Shown: piece after piece, positions 11,166 through 24,879 of the stretch | How positions within the stretch are numbered: position 1 is the first letter of the stretch | Layout of the letters: every line of letters begins with the position of its first letter | Source: Scyliorhinus canicula | Taxonomy: Eukaryota | Length of the DNA: 64,000 nucleotides | Assembly: GCF_902713615.1 (NCBI RefSeq) | Contig: NC_052149.1 | Span: 200,876,059-200,940,058 of the forward strand | Direction of reading: 5' to 3' | Program-made: the position numbers and the translations under genes | The notes under the pieces: generated by a model | Seen by the model: the letters and a program-made list of their open reading frames with translations, nothing else | Told to the model about the DNA's origin: nothing | The model's database searches: none

Positions 11166-11430
11166 GGGCGGCATGGTAGCACAGTGGCTAGCATTGTTGC
11201 TTCACAGTGCCAGGGTCCTAGGTTCGATTCCTGGCTTGGGTCACTGTCTGGGTGGAGTCTGCACATTTTCCCCTGGGTGCTCCGGTTTCTTCCCAAGCCC
11301 CGAAAGATGTGCTGTTAGGTGAATTGGACATTCTGAATTCCCCCTGTGTACCCGAACAGGTGCTGGAATGTGGAGCTTTTCACAGTAACTTCATTGCAGT
11401 GTTAATGTAAGCCTACTTGTGACAAAAGAT
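11166..11430 (+). mobile_element. HE1-headed SINE with alternative (Rex1-like) tail
   Basis: Head and body as HE1; tail CCCGAACAGG..GGAATGTGG..CTTTTCACAGTAACTTCATTGCAGTGTTAATGTAAGCCTACTTGTGACAA. Confidence 0.88.
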
Positions 11431-11714
11431 TTTTTAAACAAGTGCAATTTTAATTAGTTAAACCCTGTGCATAAATCAGGGATCCTCCTGCCTTGGCTCT
11501 GTCCACCTGAACCGTGGGTAAATAGGATATGTGTCCCTAATGTGCAATCTGAATTAGATATTGAGGTCTTTTACTCAATTTACCTACACTGTATCAAAGG
11601 TCACCTGGAAAGGGAGCCGTAGCATCCTTTGAAGCTGAGTTCCTTGGAATGCCCAATATTTGGTTACTTTTGGAAAGTGCAGGTATTGAACAGGAGACTT
11701 TATCACTGTATTTA

Positions 11715-12008
11715 GGCATGGCATGTGGCACGGTTAACACTGCTGCCGTACAAGGCCAGGGACCTGGGTTCAATTCTGGCCTTGGGTGGCGGTGCAATGT
11801 GGAGTTTACACTTTCTCCCTGTGTCTGTGTGGGTTTCCTCCCACAGACCAAAGCTGTGCATGCTGTGGATTGGCCATATTAAATTGCTCCTTAGTGTCCA
11901 AAAGGATAGGTTGTGTTATGGAGATAGGGCGGGAGGCTCTTTTGGAGGGTCAGTGCAGACTCGATGGGCTGAATGGCCTCCTGAACTGTAGGGATTCTAT
12001 ATTCCTAC
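11715..12008 (+). mobile_element. HE1/V-SINE-type SINE (older copy)
   Basis: Diverged head and body with ...GCAGACTCGATGGGCTGAATGGCCTCC..GGATTCTAT tail. Confidence 0.82.
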
Positions 12009-13439
12009 AAATAATAGTCCTCATGATTTAAGTGAGTGTTTATAATATAAGGTCTATTTATTAATAGATACTTCTGCAGCAAAGCCAATACAGATTAGTA
12101 TTTTGTGCATTCTTTAACTTGCACCATCCTTGGATGTAAAATGTAATAAACTTAATACTTTGCAAATTCTAAACCCAGTCTAGTATTTGAACAGTGACTG
12201 TTCAGGTGGATTTCTATGGTCTAGAACACAGCTTACGAACACTATTATTTGTAGTACAGTGGTATACAAAAAAACTAGTGCATGGAAGAATGATCCCAGA
12301 GATAAACCTCAGCACTTTTCTTTGAAATTTAGCCAGCAGCAAATGTTTTTTCTTCTTCAGAAAATCACCATTACCTATAGCTACTGTTATGAACTATGAT
12401 GATGCTAAATATAAAAGTATCCCATAACCCAGAAGGATAATTTGGAACACTGGTTTTAAGTGCTGTATGTGTTTTCCTTTAATAAGAGGAAGTGTCCCAC
12501 CCAATGAGGACCTGTCCAGTCATCATTTGAAGAATTGTTAAAACACACGAGGACACCATGGCAGTATTCTGGTGCCCTTGCGCACCTAATTTTATGAAAC
12601 TATGCCTTGGTCCCCAACTACCTACATTATCTGAATTCTGTGGCATCCCTTATTTCGAAACAACATCTAATTTTAAGTAACTTTTGAGCTAAATCCAGCA
12701 AACCATTACCACAACCTGGTTAAGATCACCACGTCTGGAGAAAGTCCTCGGGTTCAGCAAAGGCAGAGAATGGCTGCTTTTCTTGGGAGACTATCTGCAG
12801 CTTGCTGCAGTTCTGATGTTCACTGTCCTTTTTCTTTAGTCAATGTTCTTTCTTTAGTGTTCTGCAGTTACACTCTTTATTTCCATTTGCTGTTATTCAC
12901 CTTGGCTTTTTGGTAGGTATGTGTAGTTTTCTTATCTCTCCACTTTTGAAGTTACCACCTCTAGTCCCATTGTTTTCTTTAGTCACATATGCAAAATACT
13001 TGTTTTCCACTGATAAGACAAATTCGCATCTCAACATTGTTCCAGGCAACTGCCTGTTGTACTTTGTTCTTTTTTGTTCATTTTAATTTCCCCCTTAACA
13101 TTACCATGATTTAAAACCGAAGAGGCTCACCCACCGAGATAGATTCCCTGACTGCAGCTAATGCCTCGCACATGAGAACTGTTTCCACAGCATATGGAAT
13201 GGCTGACTGCGCCACCTGTGTCTCAGCATACCCTGGGTTGCGTGAAAGCCTGCCACTCGTGCTTATAATTTTCTTCTGTGTCTTTATGCACTGCAAAGAC
13301 TTCCTGGCTGGTATTGCAATGTTTGACCCTTGGATACCTTTACCTAGCCCATTGTAAATAATGACAGTGCCTTCACAATTGTGTGCAACAGGTGTGCTAT
13401 ACTTTGTATTATACACTTATGGAAGTGAATGTTTTCACA

Positions 13440-13865
13440 GTGGACGAAAAGGATAAGACAGCAGGAGCACCAAGGAACCTAAAATAATGAAGAGGAGGAA
13501 CTTTGTGGATTCAATATAAGTAAAAGACAATAACAAAATAATCTCCAGGATCTAATGGTATCCTCTGCCTATTAAAATGAATAAACTACAGATGCATTAG
13601 TGATAGTTTTACCAAAGTTCTCTAGGTTCAGAAACTGTCCTGGGATCGAAGCTCTTTAGATTCAGAAACTGTACTGGGGTTGGAAGTGTCAATGTGTTTC
13701 CAATATTGAAGCAAGAAACCAGTAAATAAAGCCCTGTGCATTGAACATCAATTGTAGGGATATTACTGGAATCTTAGAAACCATGACTGAGCTGGTGGAA
13801 AGTACCAGCTGATCATAGTAAGGATTTGTTAAAGGTAGATTCTGCCTGAGTAATCGGGATGATGT
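13440..13865 (+). mobile_element. Highly decayed CR1 fragment
   Basis: Remnants of KSPG.DG, W..ANV.P.F and RP..LTS motifs. Confidence 0.5.
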
Positions 13866-16230
13866 TTTAGTTCATTAGCATAATGACATGGTCTGATTAC
13901 TCATCTTTTACCCTGACTATTACTACTAATCATTACTATATTGATTATTTCTGTTCATGTCACAGGTTCTATGCAAGTTGACTTCTATAATCCCTTTATC
14001 ATTAATTGGCCCTTTATCATTAATTGGCCCTTTTCATTGACAATACTACCTCTGTACCAATTTGCTTTTCCTGCAGCAGACTTTGGCTCTTTCTGTATAT
14101 ATTCTCCAAGCCCTACAACCTGGTTTCTCATTTTTTTTTAAATTGATGTGGAAGTTTTATCAATAGTATTGAGCTCCTGATGCCAGGTATTTGATTGTTA
14201 GCCTATCGGTTTCTTAATGCATCACTTCTCTCAATCATGACTGTTCAACCTACAGCTATATTTCTTGGCTTCTTCATTTTTAGTTTAAATATTTTCTGAT
14301 TGAAGCAAATTCTAACCTAATCTTACATTCTATTGAACATCTAATTATTTATAAAGAAAAATCTCATTGTCAAAGCCCTCAAGTGTTCACTCCCTGGCTT
14401 TCCAAATGAGCACTAAAGCAAAATCTGAATGACACTAACACACCTTGCTTGTATTGCTCCATCCACTAACTGCTTCCCCCCCCCCCCCCCCCCCCCCGTT
14501 CAAATGCAAATATCCTAAAACATGACAATATATGTGCTTATTTTTCATCACAGAGAGCAGATAGATCATACTGGCTTTTATTATTCTAATGCCATAGGCC
14601 ACTAGGTTGTGCCTCTGTTCAGTTTTTCAATGTAACGAAAGTTGCAAGTTTTTTTTAGGGAGGAGAATTATGCTATCTTGACCTTAATTATCTGTTTTTA
14701 TTGTTCTTTGTGAATCAAAGCTGAAGAGGATAGGGCACCCACCTTGCTCCTAGAACCTCTTGGCTGTGGTACAAGAGCAGTATAGTAGAGACTTGGCATA
14801 TCTGATTTTCCCTCCCATCCCTATGAGATAATTTCTCAGGCCCTGTGGCAGTCTGACTGAGAGTTCAGTGATGTGGAAAAATCAAATCTGTGCTTTGTAT
14901 GGTTGTAGCAGTATGCTGCCATCCAGTGTTTCATGGTATTCATATTCCGTGGGCTTATTACCATCTCTACTTCTCAGTGAAATGATTTCTGTGGCCAACT
15001 AAGATTTGGGATGTGAAATATTATTAAAAAAAGAAAGTAGTTAGGAGCAGGAGTGACCTATTTATCCCTTTGAGCCTATACTGTCATTCTATTACAGCAT
15101 GGTACCTTGCCTCATATATGACAAGTGACTCTCCTACTAATAAGTAATTCATTGACTGAGGTATTTCAGGATATTGTGAGGCAGTGAATAACACTATATA
15201 AATGCAAAATTAAAAAATAAAATCTTAACTTCACTTACCCACTTTTTTCTCCATATCCCTTGATGCCCTTACCGAACAAACTTGACAAATACACAGAAAT
15301 TAAGCTTTTTTATTTCTCTCCCATCAAGATACAGAATCTTGTTGGGCATGGAGAATCTTTGTTCAAGTAGCCATTTTCATGTGCCTACCGTAACAGTGCA
15401 GTGGACATCACAGTTGGACCCATCTTTTCTTGGCATTTGCACAGCTGCATTTTTCCAGCATAGGTCACTATCTGATTTACTTTCACTCTACCTTGAGACG
15501 CCGATGCAAATTGTAAACCCATACTGCTGCCTGGCTAAGAATAACTAACTCAGTACAGCCTGATTATGTGGCTTAGCGTTGCACCATGTGATGTTTTTAA
15601 TCAACAAAGTCAATGGGGAATTAAAATATGTTTGGGGCAAATTATTGAGGCATCAACACAGGATACTGTTACAGTGGTCGGTTATAGGTTTAGCACCTTT
15701 GGCCTCAATTTAGAAATTGGTGAGGGAAAAGGCTGCCTCACAGGGAGGGGGGAAAGAAAATACAGCAAGAATAGTAATACTAGACTGCTACAGATTTCCT
15801 AATGGTCATCTTGGAACATAATTAGTGGAGAAACTAAAGGCATTTTATTTATTGTGGAAACAAGAAAAGTTTAATTTTTAAATGTCATCAATGCTGGATG
15901 TGGCATGTTATCATCTAACATATGGCCACGGCAGCACTTGGAATTATGCCTACTATCCTCTGTACCAGATAGTAGCTCAACTGTATGGAGATTCTCTACA
16001 AGCATTCATGAGCTGAACTTTTGCACCTCCCAGTAGAGACTGAGAATAGACTGGCCAACTGCATGGCTGGGTATGATCTGTAGTACAGGAAGAGTGGAAA
16101 ATGCAGACGAGTATCCTCTATCTGTGTTATGGCACAGCATTGTTTTTAATAAGTCATTCTACATTATATTTGGTAATGTGAAATGGTAACTAGACCAATA
16201 AATTAATACTTTTAAAACTTGAGTCCTCTA

Positions 16231-16464
16231 GGGCAGCATGGTGGCACAGTGGGTTAGCCCTGTTGCCTCACAGCACCGAGGTCCCAGGTTCGATCCCGGC
16301 TCTGGGTCACAGTCCGTGTGGAGTTTGCACGTTTTCCCCATGTTTGCGTGGGTTTCGCCCTCACAACCCAAAGATGTACAAGCTAGGTGGATTGAACATG
16401 CTAAACAAAAATTGCCCCTTAATTAATTGGAAAAAAATGAATTGGGTACACTAACTTTAAAAAA
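16231..16464 (+). mobile_element. Short HE1-related SINE with A-tail and 16-bp TSD (L1-type insertion)
   Basis: TSD AAAACTTGAGTCCTCT (16214-16229) / AAAACTCGAGTCCTCT (16465-16480), preceded by TTT; no CR1 tail. Confidence 0.9.
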
Positions 16465-17011
16465 AAAACTCGAGTCCTCTGCCTTGAAAAGGTGCTGTGG
16501 GTAAGGAAAAATACATATCACTGGATAAAAACATGTGAATGCATCGTCTGCAATCAGTGCAGTAAAAGGGGTCACTAGACCAGGTTTTCCAGATTTTTTT
16601 GTTTCCAGTCTTAAAACAGTTCACTACATGACTTGGAATGGGAGAGCTCCCCTCTTTTCACTTGCTCAGCAACAGAAATAAATAATTTAGATTTTTGATC
16701 AATTCTGAAAATATTGCTGAAAAGAGAGATGTTGCTGAAACTTTTTGTCTTGCACTCATGAGAACAAATGCAAGACATTTTTTAATAGTCACAATTCTTC
16801 TACAGTGGAAAAGGGTGTTGATTGCAAGTAGACCGATTGCCCAAGGTGTCGCCATGGAGAAAGCAACAGGTAACTAGAGGTTCCTTAAATTCCCAGGTAA
16901 TTTAAGAAATGAGACTTGAACATAATCCTTTTGTTTGCAGAAGCCAATTCCTGCATATGAATGTATATCACTTCTAGCAAGTGCATCTTTTTAGCACACT
17001 CAATAATTGCT

Positions 17012-17390
17012 CAGCTAGATGGCCTCCACAAAGCATAGGGGCCATTCATCAGTCTGTTACAAGACCTATTCAAAGCCAACAATGGATAGAATGGGGGTGG
17101 GAGGGAAAAGACACACAGGAACCCACAGAAAGCAGATGGGGGGGGGGGGGGGGGGAAGAGAAGAGAAGACCCAAGAAGACACCAAAGGGGAACCCAGGGA
17201 GAGACCGACATAGGGACCAGAGGGCACCTCACAAAGCCAGAAGAGAAAATAAATGCCAAAACAAACCATCTACAGTGAAGGGAAAGGCGTAGGATAGGGC
17301 CCGGAGACAGCAAGGAGGGGGGGGGGGGGGGAAGGAAAGAAGCGGGGCGGGGGGCGCCGAAAAGGAACAATGTAAATTATAACCATTTCA
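17012..17390 (+). mobile_element. Probable 5'-truncated L1 3' end (last ORF2 codons + G/A-rich 3' UTR)
   Basis: LDGLHKA*GPFISLLQDLFKANNG* resembles L1 ORF2 termini (F...W.PF). G-runs resemble the 3' UTR of the young L1. Confidence 0.5.
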
Positions 17391-17435
17391 TATTAAAGTT
17401 TGCATTTTTACACTGTACAAGTGCTGCCCAATCAT

Positions 17436-17659
17436 TTCTTGAATATAAATTTGTATCCAATCCACTTTTTCCAATTAAGGGGCAATTTAGTGTGGCCAAT
17501 CCACCTACTCTGCACATCTTTGGGTTGTGGGGGCGAACCCCACGCAAACACAGGGAGAATGTGCAAACTCCATACGGTCAGTGACCCAGAGCCAGGATTG
17601 AACCTGGGACCTCGGTGCCGTGAGGCAGCTGTGCTGACCACTGTGCTACCGTGCTGCCC
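17436..17659 (-). mobile_element. Short HE1-related SINE (A-tail family)
   Basis: Same family as 16231-16464; flanked by direct repeat GTGCTGCCCAATCAT (17421-17435 / 17651-17665). Confidence 0.88.
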
Positions 17660-17714
17660 AATCATAGAATCATATTCGACAATAGATGATTTGCCTTGGG
17701 CTGGTGGAATGCAG

Positions 17715-18060
17715 TCTGTACCTATTAAGGATTACCCTGGAAAGGCAAAGTATCCCCAAAAAATTATTTGAAGCTGAGGAAGCTGCTTTATGCTGATACG
17801 ATGCAGTGGCTACACAAGTTATATTTTGCACCAAGAGGATACTGTCATCAGTCCAAAATGGTGTCCTGCCACACAACTGAGCGATAACATCATGTATGAA
17901 TTTCAGTGCCGGTGTGATGTCAGGTACAGGGGCAGTATCTTCCAGTGATTGGCTGATTAAATCAAACAGCAAGTTCCTTTGGTTGTTCAGAATAGGCAGG
18001 ATGCAAAATATACTCAACCAGCCCATGTTTGCACAACTCAAAATAAACATTTAGACAGCA
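17715..18060 (+). mobile_element. Penelope-like element remnant (GIY-YIG endonuclease region)
   Basis: GLPWKGKVSPK ... PATQLSDNIMYEFQCRCDVRYRGSIFQ*LAD*IKQQVP matches the PLE pattern VVYxFxCxCxxxYVGxT. Confidence 0.7.
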
Positions 18061-18454
18061 AAACTGGAATGTCTGGAAAGGACAGGAAAAAATTACTAGG
18101 TGTAGATCTAACTGAAATGTAGCCCCCATGAAAGCTCTTGCTGCTTATATTTATGCCATAAATACTTAGGAATAACTTGCAAATTTTATAGAAGTGCCGC
18201 TTGAAAATAACAATTCTGCTGGTTGAGCTTCTGTCAGTGTGAAGGGTGGGAAAGTCCTGAATGGGACGCCTCAAGGCTCAGCTAATTTACATAAATGACC
18301 TCAATACAAATTCAGATGATACCAAACAAGGAGGGAAGTGAAACAGGAAGAATCTCAATACGGTGGCAGAAATGTAATATTCTACATTGAGGAAAAGGAA
18401 ATATGGCATACCGACTCCCAAGAATGGTTTTGAACTAGCTATGGATGAAGGTAT

Positions 18455-18771
18455 GGGCAACCTGGTAGCACAATGGTTAGCACAGTTGCTTCACAGTTCC
18501 AGGTTTCGATTCCTGGCTTGGGTCACTGTCTGTGCGGAGTCTGCACGTTCTCCCCGTGTCTGCGTGGGTTTCTTCCGGGTGCTCCGGTTTCCTCCCAGTC
18601 CAAAGATGTGTGCTTTAGGTGGATTGGCCATGCTAAATTGACCTTAGTGTCCAAAAAAGGTTAAGTGGGGTTACTGGGATAGGGTGGAGACATAGGCTTG
18701 AGTAGGGTGCTCTTTCCAAGGGTCGGTGCAGACGCGATGGGCTGAATGGCCTCAGCTCATTCTATGATTCT
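18455..18771 (+). mobile_element. HE1/V-SINE-type SINE
   Basis: Head, body and CR1-type tail as at 4750-5077. Confidence 0.88.
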
Positions 18772-19564
18772 AAGCTGAAAGAGACCCAAGAATTTTAGTA
18801 GAGATCCAACCAATGCAGAGTAATAATGGGGGAGGCAGATTCAATTGTGGCTTTGAAAGAGGAATTGGATAATTATCAGGAGAATGAATTTGCACCAATA
18901 CAGGGAAAAGGCACGAGGGACAACCAGGGAGCAGACACAAGCAAGGTGGGTCAGGAGCTCTCTCCCTGTGCTGTAACCATTCTAAAATTCCGAAGCCAAC
19001 AAGATGTTCAATTAAATGGCTAAAACAAGGAAATGCAAATTAAAGGCGGTAATGATAAATTTAGTGCTGTTGTCAGATTGTATCTTGATTACTACATGCT
19101 CCTCTGGTCACCAAGTAATGAGAGGGGTATTTAAGAATCAAAGTTATTCCCATTTTGGCTTTTCAACAAGGCAATTGACAGGTGATCACAGAATTATAAA
19201 AAATGGTTATGATTATGGAAAGAAGCTTAACCCAGAATTATACTTTAATGTTTGTTTAAGTAGAACTTTGGGGCATGTTCAGACAACAAAAGGGTATTTT
19301 TACGATGATGCCAGGAAATCCCTTTCCACTGGCTGATCAACATGTGGAATAGCCAGAGTAGCTGAGGAATAAACGCTGAAATCTTTTAAAAAAAACAATT
19401 GGAAACAACACCAGGTTAGGGATCTTGAGATGAATGAATCAAGATAGAACAAAAAGGGCTTCTACAGTTGGAATTATCCTGCAAATAATTTTTTTTGCAT
19501 TCATTAATCTTGAATGCAAGTATAAGACAATATAAAAGTTCCTTACTTGTATCTTCAAAGTGCT

Positions 19565-22093
19565 TATATTCTCAAAGTAAAGCTTTTATTTTAAAAAAAT
19601 CTGAAAAAAAGTGTTTGCATCAATACATATTGTACAACATACAAGCATCATGAAACTGCACAGCCCAGAGGGCTACAAACGTTCTCGCCAGTGTTACCTT
19701 ACAAAAACGGAACACAAGCCCATCAATTGCTCAATTGTTTTCCAAGCCTCCAAGAGGGAGATTAGAGTAAAAACAAGGCAAAAAAAACTACCTCGGCAAA
19801 CATCATTACATAGGTTGATATCATTAATCACTTTTTGTATAAAACACTTGTTACATTAAGTGAATTAATCATTTTTCTTCAGCAAAATAGATGGAAACCA
19901 GTCACTCCTTTCGAATTACTTGAACAGAATCATAAATACATTTCCGTCACTGACTTCCTTATAAAAAGCACTGTAGAATTGGGTACAAAAATGTTTGATG
20001 CACCTTAAAAGGGAGCTAGGTTTTTAAAAGAAAAAAAAATACATCTTTACAAAAACCAAGGAATAAAAGAAATCCTTTGTACAGCATTAACAGAAATAAT
20101 TGATTTTCACAAACCACAGCAGAAAATCTAACCATTTGGAAAACATTACAACATTCCATTAGAAACACAAAAGGCAATTACAGTAAAGTTAATTACAGCA
20201 AAAAGGAAATTAAAATATTTTCACACACTCGTGCATCACTAAACCAAAGCTCCTCGGAGATCGACCTCACTGGGGCTCTACCAACCTCACCATGGTCCAG
20301 TTAGACCTGAAAACTATTCCCCCCTGGAAAATAAACAAAACTGTGGCTGCTTCCTGCCAAGCATTTACCCAATAGATACTCAATCTTCTGGGTGAGAAAA
20401 GGGTAGCTGACTTTCCTTGAAGCTAGGCTGTCTATTAGGGAAGCCACCGAGCATTATTGTGGGGATAGATTCTGTACCAGCATGTGACACAACAGGCATC
20501 CATGAAGATGTTTGCAGGCTAAATGCACGATCACAAAATTGGAAAGAAAATAAGGTGTGTGAACTCTATACACTGTATTTTCCATTAAAATTTAGAAATG
20601 ATTAAGTTTTTTTTTGCTGGTCTAAATAGCTTTACACAGAGAACATCCCCAAGCACAAAGTCAACTTTTTTTGTTCAGCACAGGAAAGAGCACCAAAGTT
20701 GTCCCCATTTACAGCAGCCACTAATAAGAAAATGAAGATATCAAGAGGATACTGAACACTCAAGATTACAAAAAATTAGGATTATTGTTCTTGCTTTAAA
20801 AAAAATGATATTTGGTCTCTGGAGTATAGGATGCCCATTATTGATCGATTTTTAAAAGAAAAATGAGGTATTTTAATTCCAAACCTCACTTGAATGGGCA
20901 TCAGATGAGAAGGAGTTGGCTGTGAAACTGTTACTATGATAATTTACACACACCGCCTATCCAAGCTTGCATGGAAAAGATGGGCACTTGCGCGTTGGCA
21001 AGCACCTGTGGGATCTCCCCTCTCGATGTGTTTTGCTGGAACAGGTTGTCCGGTGAGATAAAAGATTTGAAGATCTTCCCCAAAGTAACTGACGTTTGCA
21101 AGCTGACATGCATATGAAATAGATGCAATCTTCAAATTTTCCTTGGGGCATTCATGAATTGATCTTTGCAGAGCATTTACAAATGAGAAATATATCAAAG
21201 TGCAGATAGATATTAGTCATCCATAGCAGGCACAAAGCGACAAACTATTACAGTTGTGTGTGCACCCAAATAATAGAAGCACCTGCCCTTTGCCTGGTTT
21301 ACACGTTCATGCTTTCTCGGATTTGATCTACATGACAAAGTGCTGGCTGTAAACACAGCTGTTTCCAGTCACATTGTGCCAATCAGATTTGACAGATGGT
21401 ACAGTTGTCCCACGTGATAAAATAGATGCATCTCCTCCGACCATCCTCAAATAAAATGCAAGATAAGTTGGAAAAATATCCTCCCAATGGGGAGGATCAG
21501 CTCAGTTGTATTGCAAAATTGTAAGAAAAAAGTCAGCTTATTACCAATCTGCAGTGAGACATGCTGTAAAAAGCTCTCCTTTAAGCCAATGTCACAACAG
21601 GTTGTTTGCTGTTGTTGAGCAAATTACATTGTAAATTGCTCTCTCTCTTCAAATGTACTTCAGGTGTTACAGCCGGTGATCAGGACACCAGTAACTAATG
21701 TTGAACTAGAAACTTAAGCTAACTGATCCCAAAACTTGGGTTCGCCTCAAAGCAAATCAGGCTTTTCTGTTAGCAATTGAACACTTCACTCTCACTCATA
21801 TCAGTACGATGCTGCTAATACACTGGTTAATGTAAAGATGGGTCAGTGATGAAACCAAAACAAGGAAAGAGACAATAGAGTGTATGAGTTTATCAAATAC
21901 TGCTTACAAATTCACATCATGCAACACAAAATAACCCTCTAACAGCACAAACGATAAAGGGTTAAAATTCCTCAAGAATGTCAGCAAAGGATGTATGCAG
22001 ACTCTTCTGCCAGTCTTATGACACTTTTTGTTTGCATTTACTCAGGTAAAATAATGCACTGGGCAGTTGGCAGAGGATTATTGTTGCTGTAGG
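19565..22093 (-). other. UBE2B: Putative ~2.5-kb 3' UTR of the RAD6/UBE2B gene; poly(A) signal AATAAA at 19590-19585
   Basis: U-rich on the - strand, free of recognisable SINEs/LINEs unlike its surroundings, and ends at AATAAA. Possible proximal ATTAAA near 20872. Confidence 0.55.
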
Positions 22094-22222
22094 TTAGCAG
22101 TCACTCCAGCTCTGCTCTACAATAGCTGATACCCTCTTCTCATATTCCCGTTTGTTTTCTTGGTAAAGCTGTGCAGCCTGGCTATTTGCTGGACTATTTG
22201 GGTTTGGTTCATCAAGTAGGGA
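22094..22222 (-). CDS. UBE2B: RAD6-family ubiquitin-conjugating enzyme, exon 6
   Basis: tttag|[45 protein letters not shown] (129 nt). Exons sum to 44+81+26+90+89+129=459 nt = 152 aa + stop. Confidence 0.96.
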   Translation of the reverse strand, partial: SLLDEPNPNSPANSQAAQLYQENKREYEKRVSAIVEQSWSDC

Positions 22223-22984
22223 CTAAACAAGAGGAGCAAACAGTCAGGGTTAGGTTTGGGCATTTTACCTCATATCAGGTCATTTTGATTTTCTTTCAAC
22301 TTTTCTAATGTGGTAAATAAAGCTTAATTAAAAAGGAAAGTGTCCTCTAACTCTGAACGTTTTGGTGCCCTATATCACACTACAACTGAAGCAGTGGACA
22401 TCTGATTTTCTTCCAGGCATTTGCCAATAGGAATTTGGGACTAGTCGCTACAAGATCCATGACAACATCACAGGTGATTTTCTCCTCAGTTTCGCTGCGC
22501 CGCTTCCATTTAGTATTGGCTCTGTGGCAGAGTTCAGATTAGAAGTTGTCACATGGGTCAATCTTAGGCACAGGTCCATTATGTTGGCTAATGGGTTCCT
22601 AATGGGCAAAGGGCTCCACACACCAAAAGGTTCCACACATCTAAATTATTAGCACAATTCCAGTGAGTTAACAAAAGAACTTGAATTTCCAAGACGGCTT
22701 TGACAATCTCAGAATGTTCCAAAGTGCTTCACACCCAATTAATTACTTCCGAATATAGTCGTTGCTGCAATGTAGGAAATGCTGGAACTCATTTAATTAA
22801 TAGAAACTTCGAAATCACTAGAGTATGCAATTGGACCATCTTAGTCCATATTACTGCTATATCCTCCAGGTATATATTTCACTGCCGATGACTTGTGAAT
22901 CCAATTAGGATTTCCTGAACACGAGTTAAGAAGTCACGCTGATATATTAGTAGCATACAGTACAATATTTTATATTTAAAACAG

Positions 22985-23412
22985 ATATTTATCGACTATG
23001 CAGGGATGAGGGATTACAATTACACTAGACTGTAGAAGCAGGGTTCTTGTCCTTAAGAACAGAAAAGGATAGGTGGAGAGTTCATAGCAGCGTTGAAAAA
23101 TCAACAAGTGTTGATAGATAAAGGGACACTGTTTCAAACGGCTGAAGGATACAGATTTAAAGATGATTGACAGAAGAACCAGAATCAAAATGACAAAACA
23201 TTTTTTTTTTTTTTTAAGAATAAAATGCCGAACAGGGCTATGGATACAGATTCAATAGTAACCTTCAAAATGGAATGGGATAAATACTTAGGAGAAAAAT
23301 TGCAGGGATGTAGGGAAAGAACAAGAGTGTGGAATGAACTGGGTTGTTCTTTGAAAGAGCCATCAGAGGTTCATTGGGCTAAATGGCTTCCTATTGTGCA
23401 GTATTATTCTGT
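22985..23412 (+). mobile_element. Decayed CR1 3' end
   Basis: SLxNRKDRWRVH / FKMEWDKYL remnants and GGGCTAAATGGCTTCCT..TTCTGT tail. Confidence 0.65.
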
Positions 23413-24879
23413 TCAGTCAGCAAACATCCCCACTTCTGAAGATGGTTGGGGCTAGACAACATCCTGAGGAACTCCTGCAATGACCTGAGCTGAGATGATT
23501 GGCCTCCAACAATCACAACCACGTTCCTTCGTGTCAAATATGACTCCAACCAGTTGTGTCGAATATTACTCCAACTAGTGGAAACTTTTCCTCCAATTGC
23601 CATTGACTTTCATTTTACTAGGGCTCTTTGATGTTGCATTCTTTCAAATGTGTTTTGATTTCAATATTCACTTCAACCTCACCTTTGCCTATACTTTGCT
23701 GTATTGAGCTCTAGAGTATTGAGTGAGAGGTTGTTTGTGGCGTTCTTCTTCCCATAATAGTTTAATTGTCACTAACCTTCACAACAGGTTGCAGCAGAAC
23801 TTTCATTTAATAGTTGGTTCTGGGATTACCTAGCTCTAATTATAGCATGCGTGTATTCTAGATTCACCAGGTTTGCGCCCCATTTTTAGGTAAGCTTTTT
23901 TCTGCTGCAGACACGCTTTCCTGGTTTCTTCAATTGAATCAAGGTTGGCTCCCAGGCTTGGTTGAGTGACAGATCAGGAATTTGAAGATTTTGAGGTCAT
24001 ACAGTTTTCTGGCCCACAGTGCCTCATGGATATCTGAATTTCAGCTAGATCTGTTCCGAAAATATCTCACTTAACACAGATATAGTATCACATAACACAA
24101 TTGGGGCAAGCTCTTCCAACTTTTGGCACAAGTCCCCAGAGGTTAGTGAAGACTATTTTGCAGGCTTGACTCTGCAGTGTGCCTCATCATTTCCAGTGCC
24201 CAAGTCAATGCCAGAAGAATCAGTTGTTTTTATTCTGTTTCAACTCTTATATAGCAGTTTGATACAGCCAAGTGGCTTGCTAGGCCACTTGAAGGGCTGT
24301 TAAGAATCACATTGCTGTGGATCGTGAGAGGATGACAGATTTCATTCCTTAAAAGGACGTTACACAACCACATGGGTGGTTATGACAATTTGGTACTTTA
24401 ATGGTCAGTTACTGGTATGCTCTTCTATTACTGGAGTTAAGGTACCACTTACGACAGGGTTAGACAAACTGCCTTGTTCGGAGATGGGGCAGAAAGAGTC
24501 AAGATTGGGTAATAAATTGAAAAAGCGCAATAACAGACAAACACATCTCCCTTGGTTAGAAGCAAGACTGCAGCAATAGTTGGAATTCTGGAGATGGATA
24601 ATTAAAATTGAAGCCAGACTTGTGCACATGACAAATCTAGGGCCAATACACAAGAAAAATAAATGATAGTATAAAAATAGCAGTAAAATAGGAGATAGAT
24701 ATGACAAAGATAGCAAGTAAACAAGAACTGAAAGGATTTTGTAACAGAACAATTAAGATAGGGACAATTAAGAGATAAGAAAGAAAATGGAGGATAAGCG
24801 AGTACCAGAAAAAAAAAATAGTGGAATGAAAGAATACAAGGGATAAGATGGAGCAACCGGAGAGTATAACTATAGACAA

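Noticed and set aside
12480-13420. Intergenic stretch with a 101-aa - strand ORF
   Set aside because: No recognisable protein similarity or splice structure; may be an ancient repeat.
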